Source: Octopus bimaculoides
Taxonomy: Eukaryota
Assembly: GCF_001194135.2 (NCBI RefSeq)
Contig: NC_068994.1
Location: 45,151,911 to 45,189,246, forward strand
Reading direction: 5' to 3'
DNA length: 37,336 nt
Both the position numbers and the translations under genes were made by a program. Below, piece after piece: positions 24,520-35,850 of the stretch. Position 1 is the first letter of the stretch; each line of letters begins with the position of its first letter. The notes under the pieces were generated by a model. The model had not been told where the DNA came from, made no database searches, and saw nothing but the letters and a program-made list of their open reading frames with translations.

Positions 24520-24745
24520 AGACAGTGGCTGGCAGAACATCAAATAAGATACGTAGTAGTATTTATTTACCTCCCTTTATGTTCTGAATTCAAATTCCAG
24601 TCAGGTTTACCTGTCATCCGTCAGTCAAAGAAAGAATCACCAGTCAGTATAAAAATAGTTACTGTGGTTGATGTAATGGGCTGTAATCTAGAGGATAGTA
24701 CCCCAGCTTGGCCACAGTCCAATGACAGACCAGTGAAAGAGGTTA
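24520..24745 (+). mobile_element. Degenerate SINE: family B-like head with a family A-like tail
   Basis: GCTGGCAGAA head, TTCTGAATTCAAATTCC B-box-like motif, CCAGCTTGGCCACAGTCCAATGAC tail. Confidence 0.6.
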
Positions 24746-25082
24746 TTTGTGCTTGCATGGCAGACAAAACAGAGCAAATGTGAAAACAATGGTAATTTTG
24801 GTATGTTGTTGCTGGATTGAAACCTTGATAGTTGTTTCTCCAAAACCTCTGCATTCTGTCCTCCCCCCCCCCTACTTCCAGTTTTCATTGGTTCAGTCTT
24901 CTACTGTAAATATGCTTCAGTTGTCACTGTGGAATGTTGACATTTGGATTAACAAGGGCAAAAACGTATACCTCCCTATTATTACTTATCCATAAATTGT
25001 GTGGGTGTGCATATGAGTTGTATGTGTTTGTGTGTGCCTTTGCATATATCTGTATAGTATGTGTGTGTGTGTGTGTGTGTGT

Positions 25083-25122
<40 letters not shown>

Positions 25123-25563
25123 GTGTGTATGTGTGTGCACATGTATATATGCACATACACATGTTCAAGTGAGAGTAATTTTAAAATCTAATTACTTCTC
25201 CATCTTGTAATTATTTTTGAATATTTTTATTTGTGAATAGTTTCATACAGAAAGAAAATTTAACAAATGGAGAGTAATATTCTTCAGTTATGAAGAATTA
25301 GGCTGCTTAGATGTCCTTTACATTTCAGCTTGACAGAGACAGGCTCTTTCTATGTCTTTCTTCATGATGGCAGTCAATAATTCTGGTTGAAAACTTTTAA
25401 TTTATTTCTGCGCAGATGTTGTTCTTGAGCTACTGAAATGTATGGAGGTTATTGGTGCATACACACTCCTTCAAATATCTATGAAGAAAAAGAACACAAA
25501 TTAGACACGGCCATGTGGCTAAGAAGCTTGCTTTACGATTATGCAGTTTCAGGTTCAGACATG

Positions 25564-25639
25564 CAATTTGGGTGCATTCATGTTCTGATTTAATTGATTG
25601 ATCAATCAACCAAATCTAACCATAAATGCACCCAAAGTG
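25564..25639. repeat. 76-bp imperfect palindrome with no spacer
   Basis: Arms 25564-25601 and 25602-25639 match at 31/38 positions, centred on GATTGATCAATC. Confidence 0.88.
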
Positions 25640-25899
25640 TATATCCAAAACAGCTGTAAGTCTACAATGCATGAATAAATGTATAAATCCCATTATTTAT
25701 ACCTATTTTATATATCACTCTGGAGAATCAAACCATATTAACTTGTTAATACAACCATGTATTTACAAATCTGACTGGTGATGGACTGCAACTTTGGATT
25801 ACCAATCATAGGGTCTTTTCTGAGCTTAATGTATTTTTATCTGCAGAGAGTTTAAGAAGTATTTAGTTTGGATTACTAGTCCTTTATAAACTCTGTGTT

Positions 25900-26005
25900 T
25901 TGGTGTGTGTGTGTTTTTGTCTCCCACCACTGCTTGACAATCAGTCTGATTTGTTTACAACCCCATAACTTAGCAGTTCGGTCAAAGAAACTGATAAAAT
26001 AAGTG
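25900..26005 (+). mobile_element. SINE family A internal fragment
   Basis: TTTGTCTCCCACCACTGCTTGACAA...CCCCATAACTTAGCAGTTCGG...GATAAAATAAGT is homologous to the family A body. Confidence 0.75.
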
Positions 26006-26779
26006 TACTTTTACTTGATGATATCAACTAACTGCCTTCCATCAAAATCATTGACTGGCATTGGTGAAAATCAACTGGTTCGTCTTTCCTGAAGGATTTT
26101 CATGCTGGAGCCAATGGATAATTTTCAGAAATCCTTGGCCTGGCAGTGCTACTGGAAGTTATTGCTAGTTTGGGATAATTATACAGACGTGGTAATGCTG
26201 TCTGCTGCACTTGCTGAAGATGAGCACAGAGCGATGAAACCATTCTGCATGGGCTTCTACAGTGCTTGGCCATTGCTAAATTGTATAGTTATGTTGAACA
26301 GCTACTATCATGTGTAGAATGGATCCAGCTATCAACTGATTCCATGGGAAAAATCGCTCCACTGTCTTCTTTGGCGAAGATGGGCTGGCAGTTTTCCTTT
26401 CCTGTGTCTGGTTGTTATGGCAAAAGAGGTTGTGTGATTGACATGACTGAAAGGACCGAAGACAAACACTCCTTTTTGGTTAAGCCTTCCTTGACTTTTC
26501 CAGGTTTCGCTTTGAAAGGAAAGTGAGAGTAGAGAGGGAGATGCTTGAACTATGTGCCTTTGGGCTGAAAAATTATGGAGAGAAAGGAATACTTGTCATG
26601 CTGCTCTTGGTGAGCAGGGTAACTTGGGATCTGTGAGGTTCCTTGGTTACACAAGGATTGCATCATTATCTTCAAATTTTTTCGTCTCCTTGTATGCCGT
26701 ATATCGTTACACTTTCAGTCATTACTTTTGTTCAATGTATACTATTGAGTTGAACTTTTGCTGTGGTCATCATTGCTTT

Positions 26780-27081
26780 TCATCCTTTTGGGATCAATAA
26801 AATAAAGGGCCAGTCTGGGGTTGAAGTAATTGTCTTGCCCCTATCCTGAAAATTGTTGGTTTTGTGCCAAAATTTGAAACCATTATTATTCAGTGGCATT
26901 TTGTCGGTCTTTATGTTGAGTTCAAAACCTGCTGAGATCAACTTTGCTTTTCACCTTTTTTTTCAGAGTAGATCGAATAAGTACCAGTGTCATACTGGCA
27001 TCAATGCAATTGACTTACCCCATCCCCCAAATTGCTGGCCTTGTGCCAAAATTTGAAATCATCATCATTATTATTATTATT
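26780..27081 (+). mobile_element. Two tandem SINE family B copies ending 27 nt before exon D
   Basis: Two successive TTGTGCCAAAATTTGAAA tails (about 26862-26890 and 27041-27081). The second copy has a GAGTTCAAAACC B-box-like motif and an (ATC/ATT)n tail. Confidence 0.82.
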
Positions 27082-27108
27082 AAAGCAATCTTTATTAACC
27101 TGTTTCAG

Positions 27109-27246
27109 AGAATTGAGAATAACTGGAGGACGGGCCAACACACACTACAGCGGATTCACTGTAGAAGCGAAACTAGTAAAGGAGTGTATTGCCTTCAGTA
27201 CGATGACCAGAAGATTGTTAGTGGCTTAAGAGACAATACGATTAAG
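27109..27246 (+). CDS. BTRC: beta-TrCP exon D: linker end and first WD40 repeat
   Basis: TTTCAG acceptor (AG 27107-27108). [46 protein letters not shown] is nearly identical to vertebrate beta-TrCP WD1. Donor AAG|GTAAGT at 27247, phase 0. The gene continues beyond this exon; the next exon was not found in the window. Confidence 0.97.
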
Positions 27247-27447
27247 GTAAGTATTTCATTCCGAACCCTCCTCTCCCAACTTCCACCACTTTTATCCATT
27301 TTTTTTTAAAAATGGAAATTTTGCTATATTTTGTTTTGTATTCATATATGTTTGTAGATGTGTACTTGATAGTCTGTGTCAAAGGGGTGGGAGGGTGCCT
27401 TGATTTTTTTAGAGATATTAGAAGACCTGCATACATCATACCCACAT

Positions 27448-27481
<34 letters not shown>

Positions 27482-27684
27482 CAAAGTAACAAACACATGC
27501 ACACATGAAATTTGATTCATTACTGAATAAAAATGACATAACTAGCAATACTACTACTACTACTACTGTTAATAATAGTTTCTTACATTGACACAAAGCC
27601 ATTTTTGTAGTGGGTGGGGGGATGTGGTTGTCAAGTAAATTAACTATAGTACTTGGTTGGTAACTGAATTTGTTGACCTCTGGA

Positions 27685-28500
27685 AGGTATCGATCCCTTT
27701 TGGGAATGATAAAATAAAGTACCAGTCAAGTACTGGGGTTGATGTAATTGACATATCTCCTCCTCTCAAAATTGCTGGTTTTGTGCCAAAATTAGAACTA
27801 TCATCATTATTAGTTAAGAACGTGATGGATGACAGACTTGGTGGAATGATGGGCGAAATGCCTTTATAGTATCATCTCTTTGTATGAGTCAATGAGGAAG
27901 CCTCTATGTGGTTGCTTGACCTGCTAGAAATAGCAGCAAAATTATGCTTAAGTCACTTTCATCCCTACTCTGCAGTATTACAATATTCATAGCTAAAACA
28001 CACTTGATCACAGGTCAGTGCATTCTGCTGACAAGGGGCTAAAAAAACAAGGCCTCTTTACATTGTGATCAACTCTGCTTTTTATTCCCCTCGAGTCAAT
28101 ACAATAGGTACTTGTTTAATAGTGGATGATTGATTTAACTGGCTGTACCCCTCCCCCTCCCTATCAAAATATCATCTTGGTGCCAAAGTTAGAAATTATT
28201 TAGTTGTCTCTGTTTTGAGTTCAATTCCTGTTGAAGTTTGACTTGGCCTTTTCATAACTCTGGGGTTGAAATAAAAAGAAAAGAAAAAAAAAAGGACCAT
28301 TTGTGTGCAGCAGTCTTGATTCAAATAGATTTGTTACTTGGTGCTAATGTAAGAAATTATTGTTATTGTGTCATGTTGGCAGATAAATAAGTGTTGGTCT
28401 AAATGCCTTTTAAACTATTCAGTTTTGTTCTAATTTTTAGATTTCAAATCCTGCCAGAGTAGCTTTTGCCTTATATTGTTATGGTTTGATGAAATAATTT
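27685..28500 (+). mobile_element. Cluster of degenerate SINE fragments (family B pieces plus one family E copy at about 27880-28050)
   Basis: Repeated GTACCAGTCAAGTACTGGGGTTGATG and GTGCCAAA..AGAA motifs; CTTGACCTGCTAGAAATAGCAGC and GGGGCTAAAAAAACAA motifs. Confidence 0.65.
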
Positions 28501-29409
28501 CAAGTCGTGTATTTTGTGATTGTCCAAAATGGGCTTGTACTAAGTTAAAATAAATTTATTATCATAATTAGTAATATTATTATTATTAATAGTAATATTC
28601 TCTGTGAATAAATACAAATACCAATTTTAAAATTATTTTATTTTTATATCATCATCATTATTATTATTATTATTATTGTGATTATTACAATGGAATAAAC
28701 CCTTTAAAAAAAAGACTTAGAAAAATTAAGGTTTTACGAGATAGATTATGCAATTTCCAAATTTTTAGAAGAAATTATTAGAAAGATTATTTTCCTCAAT
28801 CTGATTCAAAATTTTAAAAACACCAAAAATTCCTAAATTCTCATAGATTTCAATGTCTCAAAAAAAGAAAACCATTTTTATTTTTAGATTTACCAATATC
28901 CATGTAAGGAAGATTCGAATATTAAGGTTAGACCACTTTCGCTTGTAGTCTTGCTCCTATGTTTATACATACATACATATATATGCATACACATGTACAT
29001 ATAAAACATACACACATATATGCACACACATACAAACATGCACATGCATATACATACATGCATATACATACACAAGCATCCCCCACATTACAGAATTCTA
29101 CATTCCTGGAAAATCTTGGCATAATGCAGAATTTTGTAATGTGAAACTTATTTTCCCATTGATTTCCATGTTATAAATTGAGATGTTCTGATGGAATTTT
29201 TTTTTGTTTTTTTTTTGTTGGGGAGGGAATCAACAACAAAACATATTTTGATCAATTTTATGCATGAAAGTGATTTTTTTTTCAAACACATGGAACTGTA
29301 TTTATACATGAAAACATTTGAAGAGAAGTACATAAGGGAATGAATAGAATGCATTAATATAGTAAAATAGGAACTCACTACCAAAAAAAAAAAAAAAGAC
29401 AGGAAAGAA

Positions 29410-30515
29410 AAGAAAAAAAATTGACTGCTGTGTTGCAATGAAGACTTACTGGAAGGATGAAAAGCACTGTCTTCTGCCCTGTGGATCATAATTATAATCA
29501 TCCACTTCAGTAACGAAAAATGTACACAAAGCTGTGTAATATTTACAATGCTTTATTTCTTAGTAAGACTCAGTGTAGGAACGGAGCTCATTATGAACTC
29601 CTCTTGGCCATATTCTTTACAGCCAATTGAAATAGTGTGGGTGGAGCTTCTGTATCCTCTTCTTGCCATGTGGCCCTCTCTCTTAGTCTAAAAGCATCAG
29701 CTCTTTGTTTGACAAGCATTCTCTATTTGACTCGCATAACTCAACCACATCCCCTGCAACTTCTTCAAGCCCTGTATCATTTGTCAATCACAGTATCTTA
29801 CTGAACTTGTAGACTTTCTGCTGGTGGAAGGCCTGTACGGTCAGGAATACAGTCTAGCTATGTTTTGCCAAATGCCATTTATAAATTCAAAATTTTCCCC
29901 CAGTAGTCGCTTACTGCAGTGTTATCCTCCTCATAAATTACATTTATGTATTGTTTTAAAATTCTATTCATAACTCTTCTATGCCTTGAAATTAGCTATC
30001 ACACTTTGACCCATTGGCTGGAGCAAAGAAGTTCTTCTCTTAGGGTTGTATTCTGCTCTCACATTATCAGAGAGATCATTTAAGCTCACTGGGTATTCTT
30101 GGTACATTGTGTAAAAGAGCAGCATTTTTTTTTGGAACTATTATGCCTGGCATTATACTTTTCTAAAGCAGAGCAAAAAATGTTTATAAGCCAGTCTTGG
30201 AAACATTTGTAGTCATCCCAGCTTTTTTTAATTTTTTATTTGAATCCCTAATCACAGATCAATTAAACCTGTAGTCCATGGAGGACTTTAGATTTCCAGA
30301 ATAAGGGCTTTAATTTCATATCACTGGTAGCCTTTCATCCCACTAGAAGTGTTAGGGAGTTTTTGAAAGCTTACAGCCTACTATTGATTTATTTCACATA
30401 GAAATGAAAGTCCTAGCATATGCACTTCCAGAAAAGCGTAGTCTCATCAACCTTGTTTATTTGTTCTTGTTTGTGACCTCCTTCAGCAATAATTTTCTTC
30501 AGTTCCTCAGGATAA
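29410..30515 (-). mobile_element. Second decayed pogo/Tigger (Tigger1-like) transposase, DDE region to C-terminus
   Basis: YPEELKKIIAEGGHKQEQINKVDETTLFWK (first catalytic D), ARTFISM*NKS, LTLLVG*KATSDMKLKPL, FQDWLINIFCSALEKY, TSLLQPMGQSVIANFKA, INGIWQN, GLEEVAGDVVELCESNRECLSNKELMLLD, all collinear, with many stops and frameshifts. Confidence 0.88.
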
Positions 30516-31122
30516 GTAAATAAAATAGAAAAATGAAAGGGTGGAGAAGTGATATTGAAAAGTGGGAGCTGTATGATATGGGAGAAATAATGTATTGTTA
30601 AATCTAGTAACAAGACTCAGGGCAAGAATGCTGAGAGCAGTGAAAAAAACACGGTCATTTGAATTGATGCGGGCACAAACAAGGACTGGGTAGAAGAGAG
30701 TGTGAATAGTTGTTTGCAAGAAAGTTGAGATGTATGTAGAACAGGGTACTGTGGAAGAGGAGGGTATGGCTTGGTGTTGGCAAGAATGTTGAGGACAATA
30801 AAACTATAAAAAAGTTTGTAGGAGACAAAAACTGATAAATTTTAAATAATCAATTGGTAGACTAAGCAACAAAAATTTCAGTGAATGGAGACAGGAAAAT
30901 GAGAAAAATTGTTGATTGTATTCATGTATCGTACCAAGTATCTATTTCTAGAAAGAAATTGTGCATGTGTGTGTGTTGCATGGATTTTGATTTTTAGTTT
31001 TTGAAATTAAAGTTTCCATGAGGGTGGAATTACAAGCTCTATCTTTAAATTAGTGGTCATACTTTACAATTTCCCTTAGTGTAAAATTCTGTAACTAGAG
31101 ATTTTCATAACAAGGTGTATGC

Positions 31123-31175
<53 letters not shown>

Positions 31176-32830
31176 ATGCATGCACACGCATGGATATATA
31201 TGTACATGTACACAGTGTGCATATGTGTGTTTGTGTGTACATCATACACATGTACATGTCTGTATGTATACAGTACCTCAATATGACCCATAGGCAGCTT
31301 TAGCAGAGTTGACTGTGCTGCAAGCATTTGAACTAGGTCTCTGGTTGGAAGATAACTTCCTTCTACCAGTCCCACAGGCTCTAAAATGGGTCAAGACCAC
31401 TGCCCTTGCTCCTTCATGTCATTTTAGACACACGCACTATTGGACACACACACACACACACACTCATTCATTCACACTTACTCTCACATACATTCATTTA
31501 CACTTACTCACACACAATCACTTTCTCTTTCTTTCTCTGTCTTTCTGTCTTTCTCACATGCACTCACAGTGAATCTTTTGTTAAACTGTACTAATAATAG
31601 TGAGGAATGGTGTCTGTCTAACCTGAGTAAACCAGTGATAGGAGTTTAAAATTGTGATATCGAAAATATATGAAATTTAAGCTGCACATGATAAACAGTA
31701 ACAAAATTACTGAAAATACTGTAAGCATCCTATAATTTTATATAAAATATATCTATATATTATAAATTCATTTAACATTCTAGTATGTAAAAATCGAGAA
31801 GTTATAACTGTAAATTAATTTCATTTACTTGCAGTAGATACCAGTGGAGCTTGATGTAGTCTAGGTAGGGGTGAGGGTAGGGGTGATAACTTGTCATTAA
31901 GTACTGTGAGAGCTATGATGCTCTGCTAATCCTTACCTCTTAAACAGAAATCTGATTTGACGGTGAAGGATTGAGCTAACAGTAAGTAGGTCATCGATAT
32001 CAGCAGCAGCGTTGTGACAAATTGGCCTGAGGAATAAGTTGGAGTTTCAGTTGTTTAATCTTACTGAAACTACTTGTGGATAATGAGTTGCTATAAGACT
32101 TTTAACGATATCAATAATATTGCTAAACATTTGTTTCTGTTGACGAGTGATTATATGAACTGACAAGCCATGATCTATGTCAGATCATCCTCTGCTTTCA
32201 AGCCAGGTTTTGACATTCTCTTGTGTGACATCATCTCACCTGTTCTCTCTGAAGTTTATTATAAAAATCCCTTGTGTTCAATTCTTCAAAATATGTATTC
32301 TACTTCCACATTCTGCACAGGTCTTTCCCAAGCATTGATTACAGTAGTACACTTCAGTATCTTCCATGAGGCTGCAAAATTGGTTGCAGTTCTTGAGCCA
32401 CTGAGAATTTTTTCTTCTCGTGGTTTTTCTTAGATTGTCCTCTTGTCATAAGAACTTTGTTCACACACTTTCACTGCTACAATGTCTTACAGGCTGCAAT
32501 TACATTTTGAGTCATTGGCTAGACTCTGGATGTGACATTTGAGTGGCAAGAAGTGAACAGGTGCATTGTTCAAAATTAATATCTTAAAAGAATGATTGAC
32601 AATATACACTCTCAGTAAGTAATGTGAGAAAACCAGTCATTCAAGATGTGCACATTGAACCATGGTGATAATGACCTGATAGCCGGTGCATAACATCTTT
32701 CGAAGTTGCAAATGAACTGAACTTCTCCACCACCAACACTAACTTTAAAAGGCGCTTACTATCTGCATTCATGCAACACAGTACCACAAAACATTTCTTA
32801 ATTTGTGACTCGGTGTGGATGTTTCTTTAA

Positions 32831-33052
32831 CTCTTTAACATTTAAATCAACTACATCTGGCCCAAATATTTAACCCATTCTATGTTCAAACTGGCCAGAT
32901 CCAGTCTATCACACCTACCCTACAATGTCATTCTAAAAATAAACAATTACATCATCGAAATCTTGAAACTATGAAATAATGCATGATAAACCATGAAATA
33001 AACCATGAATAAATAAGCATTACATTTGACAGTAATCTGAGTGCTAAAGGGG
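32831..33052. mobile_element. piggyBac-like MITE with TTAA target-site duplication
   Basis: TTAA at 32827-32830 and at 33053-33056. Termini CTCTTTAACATT and GTGCTAAAGGGG are a degenerate inverted pair of the CCCTTTAGCA type. Removing it rejoins the Tigger transposase motifs. Confidence 0.8.
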
Positions 33053-33552
33053 TTAAAGTTGGGTATTCTGGGATAGTGAGCGCTTATGCCACCCAGCTTC
33101 GTTCTTCATATTTAAATCGTTTCATCTCTCCCCGAATGTTTCGATGGCCTTGATTTATACACTACCTGATTTGTTGTGGGCAATTTTGCTGCTCAATCAA
33201 GAAGTTTGAAGTTTGTGACGGGTGGTTGTCATTGTTTAAATTGCCACAGCCGTATGTCACTTGCTGGAAATTTTTTAATTGCATATACTTAGCTAGTTTG
33301 GTAGCAGTTCTTTGAATTTCCATACCACAAACATCGTTACCCACAAGATCATTGATGCATGCACTGTTGTTACTGTCTCCTCGGAATTTGCTTATTTTTC
33401 AACTGTCCTACACCTTCTTGCACTAGTTGATGGCAATTTATAATTAGCATCAGCATTAAATTTTCAAGAACCTGCAGTGAGTTTTTATTTAGTCTTGCAA
33501 ACGTCTGAAGCTATATGCTTTTTATCAGCATACGCTTTGCAGATTCTCACCA

Positions 33553-33714
33553 ATATACAAGTTGCCCTCCTTCTCCAAGGTCTAAGTCTGTAGCATCAAT
33601 GAAACCAACAGGAAAGTTAGCTTCTTCATTTTCATATGTCAGAAACTTGAAGGTGTCCTTTGTAAACTCTGGTTGTACGTCATTGACATTGGTAATTTGG
33701 ATAGAAAATTTCCT
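33553..33714 (-). pseudogene. Isolated protocadherin fragment (end of one cadherin repeat and start of the next)
   Basis: RKFSIQITNVNDVQPEFTKDTFKFLTYENEEANFPVGFIDATDLDLGEGGQLVY (54 codons, no stop). Shows the cadherin DxNDxxPxF linker (NVNDVQPEF), the xEN motif (YEN) and AxDxD (ATDLD). The wording resembles octopus-type protocadherins as I recall them. No other cadherin sequence was seen nearby. Confidence 0.88.
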
Positions 33715-33922
33715 TAGAAATTCCAGTCTGTTCTGTATTATCCTTGAAGCCGTGATGTAAAGTAAAAAGCTGACCATTGCCCAATCATTGAAATAGCAAC
33801 AAACAATGCAGGGCAACGCAACTTGTTTTGTAGTATATGGTAGTTACTGTCACAGAGTGCACTCTGCTACTATACTAAACATGCTACTATGGAATTAATA
33901 TTGCTGAAAAATAAACAAATGT

Positions 33923-34175
33923 AGGCGCAGACGTGGCTGTGTGGTAAGAAGCTTGCTTATCAACCACATGGCTTCGAGTTCAGTCCCACTGCATGGCACC
34001 TTGGCCAAGTGTCTTCTACTGTAGCCTTGGGCCGACCAAAGCCTTGTGAGTGGATTTGGTCGACAGAAACTGAAAGAAGCCTGTCATATATGTATGTTTG
34101 TGTGTCTGGTGTGTTTACATTCCTGTAACTTAGCAGTTTGGCAAAATAGACCAATAGAATAAGTATGAGGCTTAC
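33923..34175 (+). mobile_element. SINE family A, 5' two-thirds
   Basis: AGGCGCAGACGTGGCTGTGTGGTAAGAAGCTTGC...GAGTTCAGTCCC...CCTTGGCCAAGTGTC...GAAACTGAAAGAAGC; tRNA-like head. Confidence 0.88.
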
Positions 34176-34834
34176 TTTAGTTTTGGAAATCAAATCTCAT
34201 TACCAATTTTCACCTTGAAAGTGTAGTGTTTATTAGAGGGAGTGCAAAAGTGAATAAGAAACACACATTACTTGTATATATGTAACAGGTTAAATACAGG
34301 TAGAAAGAAGTAGGGTGATGGAGGAGGTATGAACGAATTTAAATAGCAGATGGATTAAGATGTTAGTTAGGTGGGGTTCCGCAGAGCACTAGAAAGAAAA
34401 CATTTTAAATGTAAATGCAAATAATAAACACAATGCAAACTGGTAAACTGTCACTCATTTCAAGTCCTTATTTTGTCACTATTCCAGTATGCTGCTACCT
34501 GGCCAGTACATATAAAATTAGCCGGAAGAAGGTATTAGTGAAGTAACTGTCACAATAGTTCATAACAGGGAACAGAAGTGTTAGTTTTCCATAAGGTTTA
34601 TATTATTGAATGGTCTTAAAATTTATGATAAATTTGTCATCTTTGCTGTGTGTTGCACTTACTTACCCAGTGCACCCAGAGAATACCCCCTCCTCCCCTT
34701 ACAACACTAATAATCAAAGACAGTGGCAGAAACCATCACTGACAGTCAGTTTTCTTAACTCAAATTTTGTCCAGTTTGTCCTATATCCAACCTAACAGGG
34801 TGTGGTTTAACAAGGGTTCACTGTGTGCTCGTGC

Positions 34835-34903
34835 CCACACACACACACACACACTCCCTCTCTCATACACATACACACACACAATATCTCTCTCACACAC
34901 ACA

Positions 34904-34937
<34 letters not shown>

Positions 34938-34995
34938 ATCTCTCTCTCATACACACACACAAACAATCTCTCTCTCTCACACACACACACACACC
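34835..34995. repeat. Compound (CA)n-AT-(CT)n tandem microsatellite
   Basis: Several CACACACAATCTCTCTC-like units in tandem. Confidence 0.9.
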
Positions 34996-35850
34996 TCCTT
35001 TTGTCTGGAGATTCCTTTACCTAACACTGTTACTACTACTATAATTATTACTGTTATTCTAAATGATAACCCTAGAATAATTATTACAACTATTAACTAC
35101 CAGTACTGCTACTACTACTACTACTACTTGTCAAGCATTTTTCAATAACTGCTTTTTTGTCTCTTTTTGTATTTTATAAAATTTTGATTTTCTTATAATT
35201 CTTAGAATAGTAACATACAGACACACACACACATTCTCTCTCTCTCTCATTTACTTACTCTCTACTTCTCATTGATTTTTTTTTCTCTTCCTGCTTACTG
35301 ACTTTCACCTACCACACTCTCTATTACTGTTGTCTCTTACTGTTTGATTTACTATCTCTCTTTGTCTTACTGTCTCTCTTTTACTGTTGTTCCCCCCCCC
35401 CCCTACTCTCTACCTTACTGCCTCTTTCATTTTTACTGTTGATTAGTTTGTCTCTGTGTTACTCTCTCTCTCTCTCTTTGGTTGCTATCACTTGTCTCTT
35501 GTCTGTGTCTCTCTTTCTCTCAGCTAGCAAGCTGAAGTGAAAAGCACAATATTGTGGTAGACTCTTCAAAGTATACAAGTAACATTGACTAACTTGCAGA
35601 CGATACATTGTACAATAAACTTTGGGTTTTAAGCGTTCATATCTTTATTCCTGTGGTTCTTAGTTGTACTTAGCTCTGTATGCATTACCATAGATGTGAA
35701 ACTACTTAATTTGACAAAATTTCGCACTAGTTCAAATCCACTGCAGGCTGTCCCATTCATATAATTGGGGAGGCAGTTAACTTAAATCTACATTGCCTCC
35801 AGTTACTGAACTTTCTGGAACAACAACAACAACAATAATAATAATAATAA

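Larger units (their letters stand above)
32022..33753 (-). mobile_element. Decayed pogo/Tigger transposase (TIGD/JRKL-like: HTH-psq, CENP-B HTH, DDE_1), interrupted by a protocadherin fragment and a piggyBac-like MITE
   Basis: Collinear motifs across frameshifts and stops: (T)ASRIIQNRLEFLRK, VRICKAYADKKHIASDVCKTK*KL, GMEIQRTATKLAKYMQLKNF, ASDIRLWQFKQ, RSLSQNTQ, VLCCMNAD, DVMHRLSGHY, NDWFSH, KILILNNAPVH, NVTSRV*PMTQNVIAACKTL, NFAASWKILKCTTVINAW, DDVTQENVKTWL, KQLKL. Terminal inverted repeats not identified with confidence. Confidence 0.85.

Noticed and set aside
26030-26530. Non-repetitive-looking stretch with 71-86 aa ORFs
   Set aside because: No recognisable motif in the frames examined; cannot support a call.
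31567-31650. Possible right terminal inverted repeat of the 32022-33753 Tigger element (CAGTGAATC...)
   Set aside because: Only a loose resemblance, no flanking TA, and no matching left terminus found.
32281-32445. Apparent B-box zinc finger on the minus strand (NCNQFC...YYCNQCLGKTCAECGSRIH)
   Set aside because: It is an alternative frame of the Tigger transposase. The overlapping frame reads NFAASWKILKCTTVINAW, collinear with the other pogo motifs.
33162-33344. ORF first considered as a protocadherin cytoplasmic tail
   Set aside because: It matches the CENP-B-type HTH of the pogo transposase (GMEIQRTATKLAKYM..F.AS..LWQFKQ).
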